Origin: a virus
Taxonomy: Duplodnaviria; Caudoviricetes
Virus record (IMG/VR): IMGVR_UViG_3300048575_000438
Coordinates: 1-44,393 of that record
Direction: 5' to 3' (one strand)
Length of the DNA stretch: 44,393 nt
Below the pieces are notes generated by a model. It made no database searches. It saw only the letters and a list, made by a program, of their open reading frames with translations, and was not told the DNA's origin. The translations under genes and the position numbers were made by a program. Positions 25,863 to 36,026 of this stretch are shown in pieces; position 1 is the stretch's first letter; every line of letters starts with the position of its first letter.

Positions 25863-27166
25863 AGCAGTTTTATGCGATGGAACGATCCTACCTCGAAAAC
25901 CTCCGCGACAATCGCCGCGAGCTTTTCGCCGTAGCCCGTTCGCTCAAGACTGCCGACGCAATCCGCGTCGCACGCGATGAGCTGGTCGCATCGGCACAAA
26001 TAAACCTCACGCCCAAAAGCGCCGAGGATGCCGCAAAGACTTACACCATCGATGAAAACGGGGCGGCTCATATTCCCATTACCGGCGAGTTGACGCCCGC
26101 CGCAAAAACCGACGCGTGCGGAGCATATACCGCCGAAGCTCTCACCGAATATGGCTTTATCATCGCCGCGACTCAAGCCGCCGACGCAGATCCGAAGGTC
26201 GTCAAGATTATCTATGACGTTGATTCTCCCGGCGGATATGTAGACGGCGTCGATCAGGCCGCGCAGGTTATTTCCTCCGCATCGAAACCGACCGAGGCGC
26301 ATGTCTGGGGCGGGCAGTGTTCCGGTGCATATTGGCTTACCGCTTCTTGTGACCGGATCGTCTCGATGAATCCCACCACCGAACACGGATCAATCGGAGT
26401 CGCCGCCGAGGAATACAACGAAGACGAAGCCCTCGCGCGCGATGGTATAAGGCACACCGTCTACACTTCGACCGATGCGCCCGACAAGAGGCCTGATACT
26501 TCAACGCCCGAAGGAAAGGCAAAGATAGTCAAGCAACTCAACGATGTCCATAAAGTATTTGTCTCCCGCGTAGCCGAGGGCCGTGGCGTTTCCATCGACA
26601 AGGTAAACGCCGACTTTGGTCATGGCGGGATACTTCTTGCCGCTGATGCACTCGCCGCTGGCATGATCGACGAAGTACGCGGCGTGTCAATCTCTCGCAG
26701 AAACAAAACCGGCGTCGCCGGGGAAACCGCTTCCGCCTCAACAGGCGGGGCGAAAATATCAGGAGGTCAGAAAATGACGCTCGATGAATTTAAAGCCGCG
26801 AACCCCGGCGTACTTGAGGCGCACGATGAGACTATACGTGCCGCCGCGCACGCGGAAGGGGTAAAGGCCGAGGCGGCGAGGCGGGACGGTATTTCCGCCT
26901 TCCTCGGCAAAACTCCCGAAGGTGACCGGGCCGTCGCCGAAGCTATCGCAAGCGGGAAGTCAGTAGAAGCCGCTATGCCCGCGCTTGTTGCCGCTTCGAT
27001 TCCCTCGAAGTCCGGCACAAACGACAACGCGCCGTCGATCAACGCGAAGACGCCCGACACTGTGGCCGGAACTGACGGGCTTACCGAGGACGACCATAAG
27101 GCTATGAACGCCTTCAATCTCACCCCCGACCAGCTCAAGAAGTATGGTAACAAGGAGGCTGACTGA
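25859..27166 (+). CDS. S49 family prohead protease (gpC-like) with scaffold tail
   Basis: DVDSPGGYVDG, CSGAYW, GSIGV, AGMIDEV. Confidence 0.92.
   Translation: MKQFYAMERSYLENLRDNRRELFAVARSLKTADAIRVARDELVASAQINLTPKSAEDAAKTYTIDENGAAHIPITGELTPAAKTDACGAYTAEALTEYGFIIAATQAADADPKVVKIIYDVDSPGGYVDGVDQAAQVISSASKPTEAHVWGGQCSGAYWLTASCDRIVSMNPTTEHGSIGVAAEEYNEDEALARDGIRHTVYTSTDAPDKRPDTSTPEGKAKIVKQLNDVHKVFVSRVAEGRGVSIDKVNADFGHGGILLAADALAAGMIDEVRGVSISRRNKTGVAGETASASTGGAKISGGQKMTLDEFKAANPGVLEAHDETIRAAAHAEGVKAEAARRDGISAFLGKTPEGDRAVAEAIASGKSVEAAMPALVAASIPSKSGTNDNAPSINAKTPDTVAGTDGLTEDDHKAMNAFNLTPDQLKKYGNKEAD
26774..27166 (+). CDS. Nested in-frame scaffolding protein (Nu3-like)
   Basis: Internal AGGAGG RBS and in-frame ATG (MTLDEFKAANP). 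Confidence 0.6.
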   Translation: MTLDEFKAANPGVLEAHDETIRAAAHAEGVKAEAARRDGISAFLGKTPEGDRAVAEAIASGKSVEAAMPALVAASIPSKSGTNDNAPSINAKTPDTVAGTDGLTEDDHKAMNAFNLTPDQLKKYGNKEAD

Positions 27167-27597
27167 TGTCAAACCTTACCGCTCCCCGCAATCTTGAGTT
27201 TGAGGGCGTCCAGCAGGAACGCTCCGCACTTCTCGGCGATTCCGCGACCTTCTACAAGGGCGGAATTCTCGTTCTTAACGCCGGGTATGCCGTGAAGCCG
27301 ACCGATGCCGCGAACCTCGAAGTTATCGGCGTTTCGACCGGCGACTACGGCGAAGGCGTTCACGATTACGCGCTTGCCGTCGCCTCGGGTGCGCATCCGC
27401 GCGGTCGCTTCATGAAGGGCCCGACATGGGTACCGGTTTCCGGTTGCGCACAGACGGATGTCGGTACGATTCATTTCGTCGCTGACGATTCGACCCTGAC
27501 GAAGACTGCCGGAAATAAAACCGTCGGATACCGGGCGCTTGACTTCAAGACCGGGTATCTCCTTTTCGACTTCCGCCAGCCGGATCGTATCGCGTAA
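27166..27597 (+). CDS. Capsid decoration/cement protein
   Basis: Between protease and MCP; FYKGG...GYAVKP...QTDVG..HFVADD. Confidence 0.7.
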   Translation: MSNLTAPRNLEFEGVQQERSALLGDSATFYKGGILVLNAGYAVKPTDAANLEVIGVSTGDYGEGVHDYALAVASGAHPRGRFMKGPTWVPVSGCAQTDVGTIHFVADDSTLTKTAGNKTVGYRALDFKTGYLLFDFRQPDRIA

Positions 27598-27626
27598 TCC
27601 ACGGCCCGGCCATAGCGCCGGGTTAT

Positions 27627-27650
27627 CGAACGCCGAGAGGCGTACAGGAG
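27627..27650 (+). promoter_or_regulatory. Pre-RBS hairpin motif copy
   Basis: CGA-ACGCC-GAGA-GGCGT-ACAGGAG before the capsid ATG. Confidence 0.7.
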
Positions 27651-27657
27651 TAAAACT

Positions 27658-28554
27658 ATGGGACTTCCCATTTGGCTTGAAAAAGGACTTCGCGCAGATT
27701 TCGCCGTAAAGATGGCGGATTTCCTCGCCGGTCGCACGATCAACCCCGGCCTGATGAAGGCCGTTATGACGATTCCCTCCACCTCATCGTATGAGAAGAT
27801 GGGCTGGATCGGAGCGATGCCCGGAGTGCAGGAGTGGATCGGAGAACTCAAGGCGAAAGGCTTTGAGCAGTACGACTACACGATCAAAAACAAGGACTGG
27901 GCCGCCGCCGTTCCGATCAATCAGAACGATATCGACGACGACCAGATCGGCGTACTTTCCAAAATCCCGGCGCTACTCGTTCAGCGCATCATGGCGCACC
28001 CCGAGAAGCTTCTCGTATCGCTTCTCAACAACGGTACGACCAGCCTCGCTTATGACGGCGTGGCGTTCTTCTCCGATGCGTCGGGCGTGCGCACCTTCGA
28101 CAATCTCCTCGCGGGAACCGGCACGAGCCTTGCGCAGATCGAAGCCGATCTCAACGCCGCGCTCGTTCAGATGGCGAAGTTCACCGACGATCAGGGCGAG
28201 TCGCTCAATATCGCGGGCGACATGATCGTGTGTCCGAAAGCGCTCGGCAACAAGTTCCGCCGACTCGTCAACAGCCAGACCGACCCGACCGCGAGCGTGC
28301 AGGGAACATACAACCCTTACGCCGGAAAGTTCACCGTCATCGAAGACGCCCGCCTTGACGCGGTCGATGCGAACGACTGGTATCTCCTCGCGTCGAGCGA
28401 GATTTTCCAGCCGCTCGTTCTCTCGATGCGCAAAGAGCCCGAGACGAACATCGAAAAGGTTCCCGGCACGAAGACGTACAACATGTCTGCCGATGGCCGG
28501 TATAACGTCGGCTACGGTCTCCCGATGCTCGCCGTCAAGACCGTCAACACCTAA
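27658..28554 (+). CDS. Major capsid protein, Mu gpT family
   Basis: PSTSSYEKMGWIGAMPGVQEWIGE, YTIKNKDW, DIDDDQIG, YDGVAFF. Confidence 0.92.
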   Translation: MGLPIWLEKGLRADFAVKMADFLAGRTINPGLMKAVMTIPSTSSYEKMGWIGAMPGVQEWIGELKAKGFEQYDYTIKNKDWAAAVPINQNDIDDDQIGVLSKIPALLVQRIMAHPEKLLVSLLNNGTTSLAYDGVAFFSDASGVRTFDNLLAGTGTSLAQIEADLNAALVQMAKFTDDQGESLNIAGDMIVCPKALGNKFRRLVNSQTDPTASVQGTYNPYAGKFTVIEDARLDAVDANDWYLLASSEIFQPLVLSMRKEPETNIEKVPGTKTYNMSADGRYNVGYGLPMLAVKTVNT

Positions 28555-28561
28555 TCAACCT

Positions 28562-28606
28562 CCCCGGCTCTCATGTCGTGAGACAGCATGAGTCGGGGTT
28601 CTTTTC
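28562..28606 (+). terminator. Hairpin/terminator after the capsid gene
   Basis: CCCCGGCTC...TGTC-GTGA-GACA...GAGTCGGGG-TTCTTTT. Confidence 0.7.
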
Positions 28607-28621
28607 TTAAGGAGGAAAAGA

Positions 28622-28864
28622 ATGTCTGAAAAATCGGTAAAGGTAGAATACAAAAATGGCTTCAAGGGTGTCGTATCCGCCGCCGTCGGTAAAATTCTTG
28701 AAGCGAAAAAAGAAGCAAAAATTATCGGCGAAGTCGTCGAAGAAGCTCTCGACCGCGCAAAGCTCGTCAAGACGGCGATCAAGCTCGGTCTCGCAAAAAC
28801 CGCCGACGAACTCGACAGCAAGAGCGACAAGGAAATTGACGCTCTTATCAAGGGCGCAAAGTAA
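28622..28864 (+). CDS. Hypothetical Lys-rich head-associated protein
   Basis: RBS AAGGAGG; position after MCP. Confidence 0.7.
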   Translation: MSEKSVKVEYKNGFKGVVSAAVGKILEAKKEAKIIGEVVEEALDRAKLVKTAIKLGLAKTADELDSKSDKEIDALIKGAK

Positions 28865-29221
28865 ATGTCACTCGCCGATCTCTCGCGTTCTGATAACCGG
28901 GACATACTCGACATGGATGGCGAGCGCGCGACGCTTACCAGCCCTGACGGTGTCCCTTATCCGGATATACCGTGCCGCTTCATCAGACGCGGCGCGGTGC
29001 GAGATATCGACGGTACATTTGCCATCGTCGGCGAGGAAGTTGCCGTATCAATTTCGATCCTTGCGCTTTCAGAAAAAGGAATTACCGACCCCGATGTACT
29101 GAAATATAAAGGTTGGAAGGCGTCAATCAACAGCGTTCCTTACCGACTTGTCGAGTGTCCGATCGATTACATGAACGGAGTCGCTACAGCGGTACTTAAG
29201 GGTGGAGGTCTATCAGCATGA
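28865..29221 (+). CDS. Head-tail joining protein (putative)
   Basis: Synteny; beta-rich 118 aa. Confidence 0.55.
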   Translation: MSLADLSRSDNRDILDMDGERATLTSPDGVPYPDIPCRFIRRGAVRDIDGTFAIVGEEVAVSISILALSEKGITDPDVLKYKGWKASINSVPYRLVECPIDYMNGVATAVLKGGGLSA

Positions 29222-29757
29222 GTGAACTCGCGAAGTCAGTTGATGACCTCATACTTGATGGACTCGTCGCAAAAGTAAAGTTCCATCGCGACGCTGACGT
29301 GCATATCAATGCCGCGTACAACTACAACGTCGAGCGTGATAAAACGTCTCCGTGGCAACGTCTCACCGCTCCGCTTGTGAATATCACGCAAGAGTCTGAC
29401 GATGGAAAAAACTCCGATTACGTCGCGAAGTATTCCGCGCTTTGCCTTGTCCCGGTTATCGACGAGGATGACGCAGTAGCGACTTCGCGCCTTCTCATTC
29501 TTAAGGAGCAGATTAAAAAATCTCTCCTGGACAACGACGATCCCGATCTCGGTCTACCCGTCGGGACTATCGGAAAGATGAGCGCCCCCGCATGGCAACG
29601 CGTCAAGTTCGACGACGACAAGCTCAATCAGGAGATTCTTGTCGGCGAATGGTCGTTCGAGATTTCCTATGGATACGAGCCTCTTGATCTAACGCTGGTC
29701 AAGCTCGATTCGATTTCTGCGAAGGTCGGCGATCTCGCCGCACTTTATCAATTTTGA
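29218..29757 (+). CDS. Tail terminator/neck protein (putative)
   Basis: Immediately before the sheath; PLVNI...F.ISY pattern. Confidence 0.55.
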   Translation: MSELAKSVDDLILDGLVAKVKFHRDADVHINAAYNYNVERDKTSPWQRLTAPLVNITQESDDGKNSDYVAKYSALCLVPVIDEDDAVATSRLLILKEQIKKSLLDNDDPDLGLPVGTIGKMSAPAWQRVKFDDDKLNQEILVGEWSFEISYGYEPLDLTLVKLDSISAKVGDLAALYQF

Positions 29758-29772
29758 TTAGGAGGACAATCA

Positions 29773-31272
29773 ATGTCCATTGATTTTGATTCTGTATCGC
29801 CGACCCGCGCCGCGTCCGGTACGTTTTTCGAGCAGAAGGGAATACGAAGCTCTCTCGGCTCGCTCGTAATCGAGCACATTGCCGTGCTTCTCGGTCAGTT
29901 CAACTCTGGATTTTCGCCGACTCCGAACGTTCCGCAGCTCGTTGACGGTTCCGAAGACGTTGCTTCCCGCGCCGGTCGCGGTTCCATGCTTCACCGTATG
30001 GCGATTTTTGCGGCATCGCAGGCACCGACCACAAAGCTCTATATCGTCCCGATCGCCGACGCTGAAAATTCAGAAGCCGCGACCGGTTCGATCGCTCTCT
30101 CGGGCGACGCGATCACGAAGGCCGGAACGATGCACCGTTTCATCGGCGGTAAGAAAGTTTCGATTCCCTGCTCCGTTGGCGACACCCCGGCTATCATCGC
30201 GGCTCGTATCAAGACGCTCGTCGATGCCGCCCTCGATTTTCCCGTAGCCGTAACCGTGTCCGCCGGGACTGCGACCCTCGCCGCGAAATGGAAAGGAACG
30301 CTCGGAAACGGAATCCGCATCCAGAAGGATCTTGACACAGGCGACCTTGCCGATGAACCCGCAGGGCTCACGGAGACCATCACGCAGATGGCGAGCGGCA
30401 CCGGATCGCCCGACCCGACGGCTGCACTCGCAAGCCTCGGCGGTATCTGGTTCACCGCCATCGCGAACCCTTACGCCGATTCGACCGGCATCGCGGACCT
30501 CGAATTGGCCGGTGCAAATCGGTCAAATCCCGCTACGGTAAACCTCCCCTTTATGGGGTGTGTTGGTTTTACCGGATCAAAGGCTGATTTCATTACCGCC
30601 GTTTCCGCTCGGAACTCGAAGTTCGTTAGCTGGGTTCCCGTAGAAGATTCGCCGACGCCTTCGTATGAAATAGCCGCGTCTGCCGCCGCGCTTTATGCGT
30701 CGCGTCAGGAAGTAGCGCCGGGCACTCCGATGCGTGGTCGCACTCTTGTCGGAGTACGTGCCGGTCAGGCCGTTGCATGGAACGGAACCGAGGAGGATAC
30801 CGTCGTCAAGGCGGGTGGATCTACCACGCGCGCCAATGCGGACGGAACCGTCAAGATGCAGGACTTCGTCACGACCTACAAAACGAACGCCGCCGGAGCG
30901 GTTGACGAACTCTACCGTTTTACTTGCTGGCTGGGAAACTGGCAGTTCAAGCTTTATAGCCTGAACGCGCTCTACAACGCCGATCCGTTCATTGATTCGC
31001 TTACCGAAGACGACGGATCAAAGTCCGAAGTCAGCTACGCGATAAGCCCGAAGATCGTAAAAACGTTCGCGATCCAGCTCATCGACCAGCTCTGGGTTAA
31101 ATACGGCTTGACGAAAAACCGCGACGAAGTCGTCAAGGGTATCAAGACGGAAATCGACTCGGGGAATCCCGGTCGTATCAACCTCTTTATTCCTGACGTG
31201 TTCTCGGCTGGTCTTCGCATCATCGCCGGAAAGATCCAGTGGAGCTTCTACGCTCCTGCACAGGCCGCGTAA
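29773..31272 (+). CDS. Tail sheath protein (Mu gpL-like)
   Basis: AGRGSMLHRMA, AKWKG..GN.I, VTTYKTNAAGA.D, NPGRINL. Confidence 0.92.
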   Translation: MSIDFDSVSPTRAASGTFFEQKGIRSSLGSLVIEHIAVLLGQFNSGFSPTPNVPQLVDGSEDVASRAGRGSMLHRMAIFAASQAPTTKLYIVPIADAENSEAATGSIALSGDAITKAGTMHRFIGGKKVSIPCSVGDTPAIIAARIKTLVDAALDFPVAVTVSAGTATLAAKWKGTLGNGIRIQKDLDTGDLADEPAGLTETITQMASGTGSPDPTAALASLGGIWFTAIANPYADSTGIADLELAGANRSNPATVNLPFMGCVGFTGSKADFITAVSARNSKFVSWVPVEDSPTPSYEIAASAAALYASRQEVAPGTPMRGRTLVGVRAGQAVAWNGTEEDTVVKAGGSTTRANADGTVKMQDFVTTYKTNAAGAVDELYRFTCWLGNWQFKLYSLNALYNADPFIDSLTEDDGSKSEVSYAISPKIVKTFAIQLIDQLWVKYGLTKNRDEVVKGIKTEIDSGNPGRINLFIPDVFSAGLRIIAGKIQWSFYAPAQAA

Positions 31273-31304
31273 GGAAAATAACCCGCCCGTATGGGCGGGA
31301 ACTT

Positions 31305-31328
31305 TGAACGTCGTGAGACGTACAGGGG
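31305..31328 (+). promoter_or_regulatory. Pre-RBS hairpin motif copy
   Basis: TGA-ACGTC-GTGA-GACGT-ACAGGGG before the tail tube ATG. Confidence 0.7.
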
Positions 31329-31334
31329 AACAGT

Positions 31335-31721
31335 ATGAGCAAAATACGAGGCGGAGACATCCGCGATTTTTCTTGGGGCGCGCGGCACTTTACCGTAGCA
31401 CCCGAGTGTGCCATCGAGATAACTCCGAGCGGATATGACGGCGACTATAAGCCGTCCGGTAATGGCGAAATGGTCGGTACCGGAAAAGCGGTTCTCGGCG
31501 CAATCGACGGACTTGAACTCGTCATTAAAAACGACAAGGGCGATCTCGAATACCTTTCTACTGCAAAAAACAACGGCGACGATAAGCCGCTCACCATTGA
31601 TCTCGCCGACGGATCGACGTGGTCTGGCCCGTCTATGGCCATTCAGGGCGAACTCAAATACAAGAGCGACACCGGTCAGGCTTCGCTTGCCTTCCGTGGC
31701 GAAAAGCTGGAGCAGATATGA
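31335..31721 (+). CDS. Tail tube protein
   Basis: 128 aa after the sheath; LADGSTW.G. Confidence 0.75.
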   Translation: MSKIRGGDIRDFSWGARHFTVAPECAIEITPSGYDGDYKPSGNGEMVGTGKAVLGAIDGLELVIKNDKGDLEYLSTAKNNGDDKPLTIDLADGSTWSGPSMAIQGELKYKSDTGQASLAFRGEKLEQI

Positions 31722-32155
31722 CCGAAGCTCCAAACGAAAAAGATGACGCGACCCTCAAGGTAATCGGCGAAATATACAACGCGTTCGGAATTGACGCCGC
31801 TCCCGAGAAAGACTCCGCACTTTTCGATCCAATATCCGAAGGACTTCTCGCGTTTGATAAAGCGAGTGAGTCCATCGAATACACGCTCAAGTGTCCGGTC
31901 GAACTCAAAAACGGCGACATGCTTAAGGTCGTGAAGTTCCATGAGGCGACCGGTGGAGACCTCGAATACATCAGAAAAGGGGTCGTCGCGGATCGTGGCC
32001 TCGACGAGATCAATATCGGAGATCAGACCACCATGACGCTTCGCACGCTCGTAAAGATCGCCAATATCTCAACGAACGTCGTTGACAGGTTCAAGCGGCG
32101 CGATGTCGGTGCGCTTTCTTCGGTGCTGACGGAACTCGGTTTTTTTTACGGATAA
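31718..32155 (+). CDS. Tail assembly chaperone (gpE/gp41-like)
   Basis: YTLKCPVE...FHEATGGD...DV; ends at a slippery T8 run. Confidence 0.8.
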   Translation: MTEAPNEKDDATLKVIGEIYNAFGIDAAPEKDSALFDPISEGLLAFDKASESIEYTLKCPVELKNGDMLKVVKFHEATGGDLEYIRKGVVADRGLDEINIGDQTTMTLRTLVKIANISTNVVDRFKRRDVGALSSVLTELGFFYG

Positions 32156-32313
32156 ACCCTGACGATATCCACAAAATGACATGGGCTGTCGCTGGGCGTT
32201 TTGGGTTTACAGAAACGGAAATGATATCGATGCCGTTCCATCGGCTTCGTTTCTGGCATGAAGGTCACGACTATATGTGCGAGGAGGAGAAAAAGCTGTG
32301 GCGAACAAACTGA
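32138..32313 (+). CDS. -1 frameshift extension of the chaperone (gpE'-like)
   Basis: GGTTTTTTTT at 32138-47; -1 frame reads LRINPDDIHKMTWAVAGRFGFTETEMISMPFHRLRFW... to TGA 32313. Confidence 0.75.
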
Positions 32314-33782
32314 ATCTACAAACTATTTTCTCCGCCGTCGACAAGCTGTCTGGCCCGTCAAAGACCATGAGCCGTAATGTCGGAAGCGCAACCGACGGGA
32401 TGACTAAAGGATTCGCAAAGCTCAAGAGTGCTGTTAGCTTCGCTATAGGAACTTTGGCGACAGGCGCGGTTGCAAAAACTGTATCTGATTTCGCCGGGCG
32501 CGGCGACGATATAGCTCGCAATGCCGGTATCGTTGGACTATCCGCCGAGGCGTATCAGGAACTTTCCTATGCCGCGAATATGGCCGACGTAGATCAGGAG
32601 AAGTTTGCCGCGTCTGCAAAAAAGCTATCAAAAACGCTTGGCGAGATGAACATGAAAGAGGGCTCGCTTTACACAACCCTCGCTAAAATCAATCCATCTC
32701 TCGCGATTCAACTGCATCACGCAAAATCGAACGACGAGGCTTTCTCGATTCTCGCCGGAGCCATATCGAAAGAAACGAACGCGCAAAAAAAGGCCGTTAT
32801 CGCAACGGCGGCTTTTGGGAAAACCGGCGCAGACCTCATACCTATGTTCGACGACCTCGCCGCGTCGCGCGCAAAGGCTCGCGCGGCTGGAGCCGTCATG
32901 ACTGACGAGGAAGTCGCCGCTGCATCTGAACTTGATGACGCGCTGAAAAAAATAAAGGCGTCCGGTATGGGAGTTCTCAATTCTGCGCTTGCTCCAATAG
33001 CGGCAAAACTCGCGCCGATCGTCACAGGTTTTTCAAACTGGGTAAACACCAATCGCGAATTGATAGACCTCCGCATTGACCAGTCTATCGCGCTTATAAG
33101 TGGAGCCGCAACGATTCTCGTCGGCGCGTGGAATAGCGGGCTCATCCCTTCCACGCTCGCAGGTATAGCCGCATACAAAACCCTGACGATAACGATGGCC
33201 GCATTGCCCGCGATAATTGGTGCCGTCAAGACCGTCACTTTTGCGCTTGCCGCCGTACAGGGCGGAGCCGCAACGGTTGCCGAGGCGTTCAATCTAGTTC
33301 TCGCGGCGAATCCTGTCGGCCTTGTTTGCATAGCAATAGCGGCGCTGGTAGGAATCATCACCCTCATGGTTATCCACTGGAAGACGGTCGGCCCTGTTCT
33401 CGCAAATGTCGGTCAATCGTTTCTCAAATGGATTTTGACCCCCGTTAATCTTGTCATGTCGGCTATACAGTCGCTTCTTACGCTCTATTCAAAAATACCT
33501 CTGATCGGCGGAAAGTTTGGAGAAGCCGCGAAAGGTATGAAAGGCTTTCAGGACAAAATGAATATGACGCTCACCGGAAGAGCCGGAACTTTCGACTATG
33601 CGGGAGTCTGGAACGATGGCAAGAGCCAAACGCCCGTTTCCTCGAACACGACCACGACGAACCGCTCGCAGCTTGACGTGAATTTCAATAGCCTCCCCGC
33701 CGGTACCACAACCCGTCAATTCGGTTCGGCTCCCGGAATTACCCTTAACATGGGTCGGCAAATGGTCGGAGGCGCTCGATGA
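32298..33782 (+). CDS. Tape measure protein
   Basis: SAVDKLSGP, G..AEAYQEL, ANPVGLV; GTG start with GAGGAG. Confidence 0.88.
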   Translation: MANKLNLQTIFSAVDKLSGPSKTMSRNVGSATDGMTKGFAKLKSAVSFAIGTLATGAVAKTVSDFAGRGDDIARNAGIVGLSAEAYQELSYAANMADVDQEKFAASAKKLSKTLGEMNMKEGSLYTTLAKINPSLAIQLHHAKSNDEAFSILAGAISKETNAQKKAVIATAAFGKTGADLIPMFDDLAASRAKARAAGAVMTDEEVAAASELDDALKKIKASGMGVLNSALAPIAAKLAPIVTGFSNWVNTNRELIDLRIDQSIALISGAATILVGAWNSGLIPSTLAGIAAYKTLTITMAALPAIIGAVKTVTFALAAVQGGAATVAEAFNLVLAANPVGLVCIAIAALVGIITLMVIHWKTVGPVLANVGQSFLKWILTPVNLVMSAIQSLLTLYSKIPLIGGKFGEAAKGMKGFQDKMNMTLTGRAGTFDYAGVWNDGKSQTPVSSNTTTTNRSQLDVNFNSLPAGTTTRQFGSAPGITLNMGRQMVGGAR

Positions 33783-34972
33783 GTTTTTTCGACCGTCTTA
33801 AGGAAATGACCTATATCTCCCCTGTCTCAAAAAAAGAGTTTAAGCCGAAGTGGGACACGCTTGAACGTTCCACCGAAAAGAAATCCGCCGTTCATGAAAT
33901 CGTCGGAAGCGACATAGCGAACGTGCAGGACAATGGAAACGGGAATCAGGACTATCCTCATACGCTCTATTTTTACGGAGCTGATTACGACCTGACCGCC
34001 GATGCGTTCTTCGCCGCGCTCCGCGAGCCGGGAGCCGGAACCCTCAAACATCCGAGATGGGGAAACCTCAAGGTATTACCGGTAAAAGCCCATCAGAAAG
34101 AGGACTTTGTCGAGAATGTTCGCATGGCGGTATTCGAGATTGACTTCATCGCCGCCGAAGACAGAAAGACCTCTTCGGTCACGAATACCGCCGCCGCGAT
34201 CCAGTCAGCCGCCGACACCGCCGCTACCACCGTCTCTACCGGCAAGAACATGGCGTCGAATACCGCGCAGAAACTCGCACAGGAAAAAAAGTCCGTTCAA
34301 AAAGCAGTCAAGCAATATCGAACGACTTTGCAAGGGATTACCGGTGCGGTTGACGCAGTTCGTACAGATTTCGAGTCGGCATGTCGTGACATTGAAAACG
34401 GAATAGACGACCTGCTCGAAGATCCCGCCGCGCTCGCGCAGTCTCTTGTGGGTCTTTCGCGTACTCCTGCTCGCATGGTTTCAGGGATAAAGGCAAAGGT
34501 GGACGGATATATCAGTATTATAGGGGATAATATAGCGTCTCTTTCTGGCCTTTCCGATTCCGCCCTTGCAACTATTATTACTAATATCGCCGGGGCGGCT
34601 ATTGCGTCTTGCGAATCCGTAACGGTTGGCGACATAACAACCCGCGACGAGGCTATTGCCGTCCGTGATAATCTTGACGCTTCGCTAGGGACAATTTCCG
34701 ACGCGTTCGACAAGTATTACATGCCCGACCCGGATGTCGTTACAGCGCTCGAAGAACTCCGCGCAAATACGTCGGACTATCTTACGAACGTTGCGTTCTC
34801 ATTACCGACGGTTATGTCAATGACCACAGACCGCGAGTATTTCCCGCTTGAACTTGCGTACAAGCTCACGGGAAACCCTGACGACTTCCCGGATATAGCC
34901 GACTTCAATGGATGGGGCGGCGACATGCTTCTCGTAGTCCCGATGAATACGGAGGTGCGCTATTATGCGTAA
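33779..34972 (+). CDS. Mu gpN-like DNA circularization/tail initiator protein
   Basis: AVHE...VQDNG, ALREPGAGTLKHPRWG. Confidence 0.85.
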   Translation: MSFFDRLKEMTYISPVSKKEFKPKWDTLERSTEKKSAVHEIVGSDIANVQDNGNGNQDYPHTLYFYGADYDLTADAFFAALREPGAGTLKHPRWGNLKVLPVKAHQKEDFVENVRMAVFEIDFIAAEDRKTSSVTNTAAAIQSAADTAATTVSTGKNMASNTAQKLAQEKKSVQKAVKQYRTTLQGITGAVDAVRTDFESACRDIENGIDDLLEDPAALAQSLVGLSRTPARMVSGIKAKVDGYISIIGDNIASLSGLSDSALATIITNIAGAAIASCESVTVGDITTRDEAIAVRDNLDASLGTISDAFDKYYMPDPDVVTALEELRANTSDYLTNVAFSLPTVMSMTTDREYFPLELAYKLTGNPDDFPDIADFNGWGGDMLLVVPMNTEVRYYA

Positions 34973-36026
34973 CTCCGACGAAGTAACCCTTGTCACCAAT
35001 GGTAAAGAGTTTACCGGGTGGGAAGGCGTAACGATTGAAATGGCTATCGATGCGCTTGCCGACGCCTTTTCCGTTTCGTGCCCGTATGATCCAACAATCG
35101 CCGATCTTGTCGCGTCAATCGAGCCATACAAATACCAGTCAGTTCAGATTTTTATCGGTGACGACCTTTACCTCACCGGGACGCTTGACGCACCAGAGTT
35201 TGATTCGACGCCTCGCGACAACACACTCATTCTGCAAGGTAGATCGAAAACCGGGATTCTTTGCGACTGTTCAGCCGCTGTCGATACGGCAAGTCAGGCG
35301 GAAGGACTCACCTTTCATGACATAGCAAACCAGCAGGCAAAGCCGCTCGGCGTGACGATTCGCGACGATGATTTACTTTACGCATCCCGTGTAATTTCCG
35401 AAGCTCGTGCCGCTTATGGTGAGAGCGCCTTTGATTTTCTTCACAAGATCGCCGCGCCGCACAACCTTCTGTTGAACTCTGCCTATGACGGCCGCATGGT
35501 AATCACCTTCGGCGACGACCTTGTAGACAGGCCAATAGTTGCCGACCTCACGGAAGGCGATAGCATAATAACGAACATTCACACGAAGTTTGACGGGTCG
35601 AAGCGTTTTTCCGTTTATCAGGTTGCCGGTCAGTTCGCTGGATACCCGGAAATATACGGAACCGCGAAAGATCCGTATATCGCGAAATATCGCCCGTTCT
35701 GTAAGGCTGGAGAGGAGATCGACGGAAGCGATACCGAAAACACCGCAAGCCGAATTATGAGCGAAGCGATTGCGTCGGCACTTTCGATAACGGTCGACTA
35801 TGACGGATGGCGCCGCCCCGACGGGAAGCTCTGGGCAGAGCGTCAGGCCGTCACGCTTTTATCGCCTCATGCGTATCTTAACAAACGCGCGAAATATATC
35901 ATCGCCGGACTCACTCTCAAGCTCGATGCGAAAAACGGGAAGACGGTCTCGCATCGTCTCGTTCCTCCTGAAGTCTACTCGACGAAACTTACGAAGAAAA
36001 AACAAAAGAAGGTCGACCTATGGTAA
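34965..36026 (+). CDS. Baseplate hub, Mu gpP-like
   Basis: V.L..NGKEFTGW, GRSKTGILCDCS, GWRRPDGKLW. Confidence 0.88.
   Translation: MRNSDEVTLVTNGKEFTGWEGVTIEMAIDALADAFSVSCPYDPTIADLVASIEPYKYQSVQIFIGDDLYLTGTLDAPEFDSTPRDNTLILQGRSKTGILCDCSAAVDTASQAEGLTFHDIANQQAKPLGVTIRDDDLLYASRVISEARAAYGESAFDFLHKIAAPHNLLLNSAYDGRMVITFGDDLVDRPIVADLTEGDSIITNIHTKFDGSKRFSVYQVAGQFAGYPEIYGTAKDPYIAKYRPFCKAGEEIDGSDTENTASRIMSEAIASALSITVDYDGWRRPDGKLWAERQAVTLLSPHAYLNKRAKYIIAGLTLKLDAKNGKTVSHRLVPPEVYSTKLTKKKQKKVDLW

Noticed and set aside
25487-26386. Long antisense ORFs (299 aa here; also 32717-33367 and 3440-4096)
   Set aside because: Shadows of well-supported genes on the opposite strand in GC-rich DNA; no recognisable motifs
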